Source of the DNA: Malacoraja senta
Lineage: Eukaryota
Assembly: GCA_038087875.1 (NCBI GenBank)
Contig: JAXLNO010000041.1
Location: forward strand, 2,291-64,000
DNA: 61,710 nt
Direction: 5' to 3'
Shown: one piece after another, positions 51,559 to 61,710 of the stretch
Position numbering within the stretch: position 1 is the first letter of the stretch
Layout of the letters: each line of letters starts with the position of its first letter
Made by a program: the position numbers and the translations under genes
The notes under the pieces: model-generated
The model's database searches: none
What the model was told of the DNA's origin: nothing
Seen by the model: the letters and a program-made list of their open reading frames with translations, nothing else

Positions 51559-52416
51559 ATGCTGGCCTTGACAATGTATTGGCTTCTTACAGCTGCAGCT
51601 CTCTTAACCGGTAAGTTCACGACGTTTCCAATAATGTAGGGCATGATATTTAAGCAACCAAATACCTTGAATGCAACAGAACGACTTTAGAAAAGGAGTC
51701 CGTCTGAGGACAGTAAACGATGAGCGCAGTAGGATAAAAGATGCAGTTTCACAGTAATTGATGTTCGGAAATTTGATGTGAGTTTCCACGTTAATTGTTG
51801 GAAAGCAGCCCCGACGGAGAAGCATCGAAGCGTTAGAACACACCGGTGGTCCCCGTACGAGTGCTCTACGATTCCTCTTTTCCTCCCCGGAAGCAATAAC
51901 AACGTCCAGTACGATGGAACGGGCTGGATTATCTTTAAAGATAAATTTATTCGGTAATTCCCAGCGCCTTTCCGCCCATCTTTATTTAGCTTTTAGGGGA
52001 GGGGTATGTTTGATGTCATTGTACCTCATATCAGTATTAGGATGAGGGGTATTCTGAAGTATGAGCTGAGTTAGGTGATGTTGTGTTATTTATCCCCGGA
52101 CTCTTGCAGGGAATTGTCGAGGCGACGCCGTTTCTCAGTCAACGGCAGCGGTTACAGTGAGTGAAGGGGATGATACAAAATTGAGCTGCAAGTATACAGC
52201 TACAAGCACGGTATCCCCTGGACTAATCTGGTACCGTCAGTATGCCGGCGGATGCCTTGAGTTTCTGCTGCTCAGAACGAAAATCGAAGCCGCCCAGAAG
52301 AACAGTGCCGGTGAACGTTTTTCTGCGGAGCTCAACCATTCGACAGGAACGGTCCCGCTGACCGTGTCACAAACGCGGCTCCGAGACTCGGCGATGTATT
52401 ACTGCGCACTGAATCC
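51559..52416 (+). CDS. TCR V type C with C'-type intron and FR1 start (recombinant), intact
   Basis: Leader 51559-51610, exon 52110-52416, RSS 52417-52455. Confidence 0.88.
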
Positions 52417-53041
52417 CACGGTGGCGCAGTGGTGGGCTGAGCCTGCACAAAAACTGCCAGTGCACCCACTCATGTATCACCGCGTAAGCGCAGCTTTGTC
52501 AGCATCGGCGCGTCCTCGTTGATTGCTGCACCGTTCCCAACGCCAGTGTGTTTGCTGTCATTAATACTCGATTTTTAAATATTAAAAACCCATGACAATT
52601 GGGTTGAAGAATAGCTTCTAACAAACAAATATTAGGTTCTTGAACTCTACACAGCACTAAAAAATGAACTATGAAATGTCTTCGGTTGCATTAAGCACTT
52701 CATTCATCTTATGCACATGGACTAGGTTGTTAATTTATTGAATTTTGTTTATTGTATATTATACTTCAGGCCTTGCCCCTGCTGTGACGCCGTGGAACAG
52801 AAAACAAAGGAGGTTTGAGATGATTGGGCAACAAAAGCAATGACGTGATTGGCGGAATTAAGAAACTGAGTTAATTCGGGGAGTTGGAGAACAAATTAGC
52901 TCCGCGCCGACGGGATGTGACGCTGTCAAGAATAAGCCAACGAATGAAGAACCAAGACCACAGCCCTTTCACAATATCAGATTAAACCTGTTTCCGGGTG
53001 AGCGCATTTCAGTTCATATTCACTCTCAATGCAATTACAAC

Positions 53042-53873
53042 ATGGTGGCCGTGACAATTTATTGGCTTCTTACAGCTGCAGCTCTTTTAACGGGTAAGTA
53101 CAAGACGTTTCCAAGCCTGAATATTATATTACTGTGGGGCATGGTATTTAATCAATAAAATGCCTTGCATGCAATGGAATGACTTTAGAAAGTGAGTCAG
53201 TGAGGGTACAATAAACGAAGAGTACAATAAGAATATAGATGCAGTTCCGACCAAAGTGCTGTAAGGATTTTGAGATGAGTTTCGAGGTATATTAGACCAC
53301 GCTCGTGTTCTAAGGTCGTGCGCTCAGCAATTCCTCTCCTCCTCCCGAGATGCAATGATCACGAGCAGGTGGCGATGGAAAGGGGTGGATGATTTTTAAA
53401 TATAGTTTCATTCGGTAATTCACAGCGCGTTTTCTCCCACCTTCATTTAGGTTTGAGTGCAGGGAGATCTTTGTTGCCGTTCTACCTCAGATCAGTACCA
53501 GGATAAGGTGAGCGTGAGCAGAATGCGGTGATATTCTTGTTTTTAACTTCGTTCCCGGACTCTTGCAGAGCATTGTCGAGGCGACGCCGTTTCTCAGACA
53601 CCAGTAGTGGTAACAATGAGCGAAGGGGATGATGCCCAGTTGAACTGCAACTATACAGCTACAAGCACGAACAATCTTGTATTAATGTGGTACCGGCAGT
53701 ATCCCGGCGGATCCCTTCAATTTCTGGTTCAGAACGAAATTCGAAGCCGCCCAGAAGAACAGTGCTGGAGAACGTTTGGCTGCGGAGCTCAACCATTTGA
53801 CAGGAACAGTCCCGCTGACTGTGTCGCAAACGCGGCTCCGAGACGCGGCGATGTATTACTGCGCCCTGAGTCC
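53042..53873 (+). pseudogene. TCR V type D, frameshifted
   Basis: Leader 53042-53093 (MVAV..), exon 53569-53873, 11-bp-spacer RSS 53874-53900. Confidence 0.88.
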
Positions 53874-53947
53874 CACGGAGGCAGCGATTGTACATAAACT
53901 ACCATTTCCGGATTTCAGTTCATATTCACTCTCCATGTAATTGAAAC

Positions 53948-54649
53948 ATGCTGTCATTGACTATTTATTCGCTTCTTATAGCTGCAGCTCTCTTAACCGG
54001 TATGTTCACGACGTTTCCAAGCCTGTATATTATGTTACTTTAGGGCATGATATCTCATCAATCAAATACATTGAATGCAATGGAATCACGTTAGAAAGCC
54101 ATTCAATGGGAGGATAGTAAGTGAAGAGTACAAAGAGGAATATAGATGCAGTTCCTCAATAGGGATGTGAGGGGATTTGAGGCGTTTCCAGGTTAATAGC
54201 TGGAAACTGGCCCCGGCTGGGTAGAATCCTGCAGTTGGAACACACCGGTGTTCTACGTAGGAGCGCTCTACGATTCCCCTTTTCCTTCCGGGACGCAATG
54301 ATGACGAGCGGAGTGCGATGGAAAGGGTTGGATGATCTTTAAAGATAATTTCATTCGGTAATTGCCAGCGCCTACCCCCCACCTTTATGTAGCTTTTAGG
54401 GGAGGGGTATCATTAATGCCATTGCACCTCGAATCAGTACCAGGATAGGGGGTATTTTCGAATATGAACACAGTAAGGTGATGTTCCGTTGTTTAACTTC
54501 GTCCCCGGATTCTTGCAGGGCATTGTCGAGGCGACGCCGTTTCTCAGACCCCAGCAATGATAACAGTGAGTGAAGGCGATGACGCACCGTTGAAGTGCAA
54601 CTACACAGCTACAATCACGAGCAATCTTGGACTAATCTGGTACCGTCAT
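53948..54649 (+). pseudogene. TCR V type E, truncated
   Basis: Leader 53948-53999, exon 54519-54649. Confidence 0.88.
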
Positions 54650-55065
54650 GGCCCTGTCCCACGGTGCGAGTCCACCCACGTGTGATCCCGAGTTTAAAAC
54701 AAATCAAACTCGTGGTAATCACGTAGCGGGAACGTCGGAACTCGTAACTCTAACGGCAGGTACTCGGGAAACTTGTTAACTCGTGAAAATCTTTCAACAT
54801 GCTGAAAGATTTCCACGAGTCAGAGTTACTCTTGAAGTAAAAAAATTAAACTTTTAAACTCGTTGTAAGAACGTAGTAGCCCGTGAGTTTACCGTAGTGA
54901 CTCGTGAGTCTACCGTGGGCACTCTTTAACTCAGCTGGACAGGCAGCATCTCTGCAGAGATGGAATGGGTGACGGGATGACGTTTCCAAAATTCTGCTGC
55001 GTCTTTGTGTTACTCCAGCACTGTGTGTTCACTTTTTGTCAACCAGCATCTGCCCTTTCTTGTGT
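54650..55065. mobile_element. Composite MITE-like plus repeat insertion (copy 7)
   Basis: Same junction and sequence as the other copies. Confidence 0.65.
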
Positions 55066-55521
55066 ATGACATTATTTGTATCCGTGGCAGTTGATTGTCG
55101 CTCAAATACCAGGCTTTTAAACACGGCAGAACACTAACCTATGAACTATGAACTGTCTTTCAGTGCACTTAGCAATTCAAGCTTTTTAATGCACATGGAT
55201 TACGTTATTAATTTATTGTATTTTGTTTATTATTTATCATACTTCAGGCCTTGTCTCTCCTGTGACTTCATGAAACAGAAAACAAAGGAGGTTTGAGATG
55301 ATTGGCAACTGAGAAGCAGTGAGTTGATTGGCGGAATTCAGCGAGTGAGGTAAGTCGGGGGGGTTGGAGAACACATTCGCTCTGTGCCGAGGGGATGTGC
55401 CGTCGTCAAAAATAAACCAATGAATTGAGAACCTAGACCACAGCTCTTTCACAATATCCGATTAAACATATTTCCCGATGAGAACATTTCAGTTTATATT
55501 CACTCTCAAAGCAATCACAAC

Positions 55522-56264
55522 ATGTTGGCCGTGATTATTTATTCTCTTCTTGCAGCTGCAGCTCTCTTAACCGGTAGGTGCACGGCGTTTCCGACCCTGG
55601 ATATTATATTACTACGGGGCATGATATTTAATCAATCAACTAGTTTGAATGCAATAGAATGACTTAAGAAAGGGAGTCACACCCATGTTCTACGGACGAG
55701 TGCTGAAAGATTCTCTTTTCTCCCTCCCAAGACAGAATGATGACGAGCAGAGGGCAATGGAAAGGGTTACATGATCTTTAAAGACAATTTAATTCAGTAA
55801 TTCCCAGTGCTTTCCCGCCACCTTGATGTGGGTTTTAGGGGAGAGTATTCTTTGCTGCCGTTGTGCCTCAGATCAGTATCAAGATATGCGGCATTTTCCA
55901 GTATCAACATATTGGGATAATGCAATGTAATTTAATTTCTTTCCCTGGCCCTTGCAGGACATTGTCGAGGCGATGCCGTTTCTCAGACACCAGTAGTGGA
56001 AACAGTAAATGAAGGGGATGATGCCCAGTTGAATTGCAACTATACAGCTACAAGCACGAGCGTCCCTGGACTAATCTGGTACCGTCAGTATCCCGGCGGA
56101 TCCCTTGAGTTTCTGCTGCTCAGAACGACATTCAAAGGCGGCCAGAAGAACAATGCCGGGGAACGTTTTTCTGCGGAGCTCAACCATTTGACAGGAACGG
56201 TCCCGCTGACCGTGTCACAAACGCGGCTCCGAGACTCGGCTATGTATTACTGCGCTCTGAACCC
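55522..56264 (+). CDS. TCR V type A, intact frame but heptamer TACGGTG
   Basis: Leader 55522-55573, exon 55958-56264, RSS 56265-56303 starting with TAC. Confidence 0.82.
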
Positions 56265-56876
56265 TACGGTGGCGCAGAATTGGGCTGAGCCTGTACAAAA
56301 ATTATCTGAGAACCCCGTCAGGAATCAGCGCGTAAGCGCAGCTTTGTCAGCATCGGCGCGTCCTCGTTGATTGCTGCACCCGTCCCAACGCCAGTGTGGT
56401 TGCTGCCATTAATACTCGATTTTTAAACATTAAAAACCCATGACAATTGAGTTGAAGAATAGCTTCTAACAAACAGACATTAGGTTCGTGAACACTCCAC
56501 AGCACTAACAGATGAACTATGAACTGTCTGTGGTTGCATTAAGCAGTTCATAACTTATCCACATGGACTAGGTTGTTAATTTATTGAATTGTGTTTATTA
56601 TTTGTCATACTGCATACTATGACGCCATGGGACAGAAAACAAAGGAGGTTTGAGATGATTGGGCATCAAAAGCAATGATGCGATTGGCGGAATTAAGAAA
56701 CAATGTTAATTCGGGGAGTTGGAGAACAAATTAGCTCTTCGCTGATGGGACGTGACGCTGTCAAGAATAAGCCAATGAATAGAGAGCCGAGACCACAGCT
56801 CTTTCACAATATCAGATTAAACCTGTTTCCGTGTGAGACCATTTTGGTTCATATTCACTCTCAATGCAATTACAAC

Positions 56877-57750
56877 ATGCTGACCGTGACAATTTATTGT
56901 CTTCTTGCAGCTGCAGCTCTCTTAACGGGTAAGTTCAGGACGTTTCGAAGCCTGTACATTATATTACTGTAGGGCATGGCATTTAATCAATGAAATACCC
57001 GGCATGCAATAGAATGACTTTAGAATGGGAATCAGTGAGAGGACTAAACGAAGAGCATAATAAGAATATAGATGCTGTTCCCCACAAAGTGATGTTAGGA
57101 AATTTGAGGTGAATTCCCAGAAATATTGTTGGAAACCAGCGCCTATGGTGAAGCATCGGAGAGTTAGAAAACTCCCTTGTGCTAAGTACTAGCGCTCAGC
57201 GATTCCTCTTCCCCTCTCGAGATTCAATGATGACGAGCAGATGGCGATGGAAAGGGGCGGATGATTTTTTAAAGATAATTTCATTCGGTTATTCACAGCG
57301 CCTTTCCCCCCCCCCATCTTTATTTAGCTTTTAGGGGAGGGAGATCTTTGTTGCCGTTCTACCTCAGATCAGTATAATTAATATGAATATGAGCAGAATG
57401 AGGTGATGTTGTGTTTTCTAACCTCGTACCCGGGCTCTTGCAGGATATTGTAGAGGCGACGCCGTTTCTCAGACACCAGTAGTGGTAACAGTGAGTGAAG
57501 GGGAAGATGCACAGTTGAACTGCAACTATACAACTGCAAGCACGAGCATTCTTGGACTAATCTGGTACCGTCAGTATCCCGGCGGATCCCTTGAGTTTCT
57601 GCTGCTCAGAACGAAAATCGAAGCCGTCCAGAAGAACAATGCTGGAGAACGTTTTTCTGCGGAGCTCAACCATTCGACAGGAACGGTCCCGCTGACGGTA
57701 TCACAAACGCGGCTCCGAGACGCGGCAATGTATTACTGCGCCCTGAACCC
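56877..57750 (+). CDS. TCR V type B, intact
   Basis: Leader 56877-56928, exon 57444-57750, RSS 57751-57789; intron has a C10 tract. Confidence 0.9.
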
Positions 57751-58374
57751 CACGGTGGCGCAGAATTGGGCTGAGCCTGCACAAAAACTACCAGTGCACC
57801 CACTCATGTATCACCGCGTAAACACAACTTTCTCAGCATCGGCGCGTCCTCGTTGATTGCTGCACCCGTCCCATCGCCAGTGTGTTTGCTGTCATTAATA
57901 CTCGATTTTTAAATATTAAAAAACCCATGACAATTAGGTTGAAGAATAGCTTCTAACAAACAAATATTAGGTTCTTGAACACTCCAAAGCACTAACAGAA
58001 GAACTATGAAATGTCTTCGGTTGCATTAAGCATTTCATGCATCTTATGCACATGGACTTGGTTGTTAATTTATTGAATTTTGTTTATTGTTTATTATACT
58101 TCAGGCCTTGCCCCTCCTGTGACGCCATGGAACAGAAAAAAGGAGGGTTGAGATGATTGGCCAACAAAAGCAATGGTGTGATTGGCGGAATTAAGAAACT
58201 GAGTTAATTCGGGGAGTTGGAGAACAAATTAGCTCCGCGCCAACAGGATGTGACGCTGTCACGAATAAGCCAATCAATGAAGAGCCTAGACCACAGCTCT
58301 TTCACAATATCAGATTAAACCTGTTTCCGGGTGAGCGCATTTCAGTTCATATTCACTCTCAATGCAATTACAAC

Positions 58375-59232
58375 ATGCTGGCCTTGACAATGTATTGGCT
58401 TCTTACAGCTGCAGCTCTCTTAACCGGTAAGTTCACGACGTTTCCAATAATGTAGGGCATGATATTTAAGCAACCAAATACCTTGAATGCAACAGAACGA
58501 CTTTAGAAAAGGAGTCCGTCTGAGGACAGTAAACGATGAGCGCAGTAGGATAAAAGATGCAGTTTCACAGTAATTGATGTTCGGAAATTTGAGGTGAGTT
58601 TCCACGTTAATTGTTGGAAAGCAGCCCCGACGGAGAAGCATCGAAGCGTTAGAACACACCGGTGGTCCCCGTACGAGTGCTCTACGATTCCCCTTTTCCT
58701 CCCCGGAAGCAATAACAACGTCCAGTACGATGGAACGGGTTGGATTATCTTTAAAGATAAATTTATTCGGTAATTCCCAGCGCCTTTCCGCCCATCTTTA
58801 TTTAGCTTTTAGGGGAGGGGTATGTTTGATGTCATTGTACCTCATATCAGTATGAGGATGAGGGGTATTCTGAAGTATGAGCTGAGTTAGGTGATGTTGT
58901 GTTATTTATCCCCGGACTCTTGCAGGGAATTGTCGAGGCGACGCCGTTTCTCAGTCAACGGCAGCGGTTACAGTGAGTGAAGGGGATGATACAAAATTGA
59001 GCTGCAACTATACAGCTACAAGCACGGTCACTCCTGGACTGATCTGGTACCGTCGGTATCCCGGCGGATCCCTTGAGTTTCTTCTGCTGAGAACGACATT
59101 CAAAGGCGGCCAGAAGAACAATGCTGGAGAACGTTTTTCTGCGGAGCTCAACCATTCGACAGGAACGGTCCCGCTGACGGTATCACAAACGCGGCTCCGA
59201 GACGCGGCAATGTATTACTGCGCCCTGAGCCC
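58375..59232 (+). CDS. TCR V type C', intact
   Basis: Leader 58375-58426, exon 58926-59232, RSS 59233-59271. Confidence 0.9.
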
Positions 59233-59856
59233 CACGGTGGCGCAGAATTGGGCTGAGCCTGCACAAAAACTACCAGTGCACCCACTCATGTATCACCGCG
59301 TAAACACAACTTTCTCAGCATCGGCGCGTCCTCGTTGATTGCTGCACCCGTCCCATCGCCAGTGTGTTTGCTGTCATTAATACTCGATTTTTAAATATTA
59401 AAAAACCCATGACAATTGGGTTGAAGAATAGCTTCTAACAAACAAATATTAGGTTCTTGAACACTACACAGCACTAACAGAAGAACTATGAAATGTCTGC
59501 GGTTGCATTAAGCATTTCATGCATCTTATGCACATGGACCTGGTTGTTAATTTATTGAATTTTGTTTATTGTATATTATACTTCAGGCCTTGCCTGTCCT
59601 GTGACGCCATGGAACAGAAAAAAGGAGGTTTGAGATGATTGGCCAACAAAAGCAATGGTGTGATTGGCGGAATTAAGAAACTGAGTTAATTCGGGGAGTT
59701 GGAGAACAAATTTGCTCCGCGCCGACAGGATGTGACGCTGTCACGAATAAGCCAATGAACGAAGAGCCTAGACCACAGCTCTTTCACAATATCAGATTAA
59801 ACCTGTTTCCGGGTGAGCGCATTTCAGTTCATATTCACTCTCAATGCAATTACAAC

Positions 59857-60713
59857 ATGCTGGCCTTGACAATGTATTGGCTTCTTACAGCTGCAGCTCT
59901 CTTAACCGGTAAGTTCACGAGGTTTCCAATAATGTAGGGCATGATATTTAAGCAACCAAATACCTTGAATGCAACAGAACGACTTTAGAAAAGGAGTCCG
60001 TCTGAGGACAGTAAACGATGAGCGCAGTAGGAAAAAAGATGCAGTTTCACAGTAATTGATGTTCGGAAATTTGAGGTGAGTTTCCAGGTTAATTGTTGGA
60101 AAGCAGCCCCGACGGAGAAGCATCGAAGCGTTAGAACACACCGGTGGTCCCCGTACGAATGCTCTACGATTCCCCTTTTCCTCCCCGGAAGCAATAACGT
60201 CGTCCAGTACGATGAAACGGATTGGTTTATCTTTAAAGATAAATTACTCGGTAATTCCCAGCGCCTTTCCGCCCATCGTTATTTAGCTTTTAGGGGAGGG
60301 GTATGTTTGATGTCATTGTACCTCATATCAGTATGAGGATGAGGGGTATTCTGAAGTATGAGCTGAGCTAGGTTATATTGTGTTATTAATCCCCGGACTC
60401 TTGCAGGGAATTGTCGAGGCGACGCCGTTTCTCAGACACCGGCAGCGGTTACAGTGAGTGAAGGGGATGATACAAAATTGAGCTGCAAATATACAGCTAC
60501 AAGCACGGTATCCCCTGGACTAATCTGGTACCGTCAGTATGCCGGCGGATGCCTTGAGTTTCTGCTGCTCAGAACGAAAATCGAAGCCGCCCAGAAGAAC
60601 AGTGCCGGTGAACGTTTTTCTGCGGAGCTCAACCATTCGACAGGAACGGTCCCGCTGACCGTGTCACAAACGCGGCTCCGAGACTCGGCGATGTATTACT
60701 GCGCACTGAACCC
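59857..60713 (+). CDS. TCR V type C, intact
   Basis: Leader 59857-59908, exon 60407-60713, RSS 60714-60752. Confidence 0.9.
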
Positions 60714-61338
60714 CACGGTGGCGCAGTGGTGGGCTGAGCCTGCACAAAAACTGCCAGTGCACCCACTCATGTATCACCGCGTCAGCGCAGCTTTGTCAGC
60801 ATCGGCGCGTCCTCGTTGATTGCTGCACCGTTCCCAACGCCAGTGTGTTTACTGTCATTAATACTCGATTTTTAAATATTAAAAACCCATGACAATTGGG
60901 TTGAAGAATAGCTTCTAACAAACAAATATTAGGTTCTTGAACTCTACACAGCACTGAAAAATGAACTATGAAATGTCTTCGCTTGCATTAAGCACTTCAT
61001 TCATCTTATGCACATGGACTAGGTTGTTAATTTATTGAATTTTGTTTATTGTATATTATACTTCAGGCCTTGCCCCTCCTGTGACGCCGTGGAACAGAAA
61101 ACAAAGGAGGTTTGAAATGATTGGGCAACAAAAGCAATGACGTGATTGGCGGAATTAAGAAACTGAGTGAATTAGGGGAGTTGGAGAACAAATTAGCTCC
61201 GCGCCGACGGGATGTGACGCTGTCAAGAATAAGCCAACGAATGAAGAACCTAGACCACAGCCCTTTCACAATATCAGATTAAACCTGTTTCCGGGTGAGC
61301 GCATTTCAGTTCATATTCACTCTCAATGCAATTACAAC

Positions 61339-61390
61339 ATGCTGGCCGTGACAATTTATTGGCTTCTTACAGCTGCAGCTCTTTTAACGG
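61339..61390 (+). other. Leader exon of the next (type D-context) V; its V exon lies beyond the window
   Basis: MLAVTIYWLLTAAALLT plus GTAAG donor, followed by a D-type intron that runs to the window end. Confidence 0.8.
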
Positions 61391-61710
61391 GTAAGTACAA
61401 GACGTTTCCAAGCCTGAATATTATATTACTGTGGGGCATGGTATTTAATCAATAAAATGCCTTGCATGCAATGGAATGACTTTAGAAAGTGAGTCAGTGA
61501 GGGTACAATAAACGAAGAGTACAATAAGAATATAGATGCAGTTCCGACCAAAGTGCTGTAAGGATTTTGAGATGAGTTTCCAGGTATATTAGACCACGCT
61601 CGTGTTCTAAGGTCGTGCGCTCAGCAATTCCTCTCCTCCTCCCGAGATGCAATGATCACGAGCAGGTGGCGATGGAAAGGGGTGGATGATTTTTAAATAT
61701 AGTTTCATTC

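Larger units (their letters stand above)
2381..61710 (+). repeat. Tandem array of about 1.48-kb TCR V-gene units with 6.8-kb and 8.3-kb higher-order repeats
   Basis: 43 related V exons. Spacing between successive E-type markers is 6813, 7792, 8294, 8299, 13860 and 6813 bp (from ORF-track coordinates). Confidence 0.95.

Noticed and set aside
2381-61710. IgH-like (TAILV) or NAR-TCR V identity for the array
   Set aside because: Frameworks show WYRQ and YYCAL with a single 23-RSS and their own leaders, and lack IgH WVRQ..GLEW / YYCAR patterns or adjacent D-J mini-clusters. Alpha versus delta use cannot be decided from V sequence alone.
2381-61710. CRISPR-like or prokaryotic repeat system
   Set aside because: Repeat units are kilobase-sized intron-containing genes with eukaryotic splice signals and RSSs; there are no short repeat-spacer arrays.

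Overview
Vertebrate genomic DNA, most likely a cartilaginous fish and possibly a skate or ray (inferred from CR1 tails, repeat types and V-gene style). The window is almost entirely a T-cell receptor alpha/delta-type variable (V) segment cluster, all on the + strand. It holds 44 V exons: one divergent frameshifted V (374-807, with a near-consensus 23-RSS) and, after two CR1 LINE remnants, a very recent tandem expansion of 43 copies of one V family from 2381 to the window end. Each monomer is about 1.48 kb (promoter, 52-nt leader exon, intron, 307-nt V exon, 23-RSS). The monomers fall into subtypes that I label A, B, C', C, D and E, arranged in higher-order repeats of 6.8 kb (5 V) and 8.3 kb (6 V), plus an internal 2.96-kb two-gene repeat. 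By reading leaders, splice sites, frames and RSSs, I count 23 of the 43 array copies as potentially rearrangeable and productive. The other 20 are damaged: 6 frameshifted D copies with an 11-bp-spacer RSS, 7 MITE-truncated E copies, 4 A copies with a TAC heptamer, 1 A copy with a nonsense codon, and 2 leaderless copies. No D, J or C segments were seen. Most small ORFs in the supplied track are shadows of promoters, introns or antisense V exons. All counts and alignments were done by eye.
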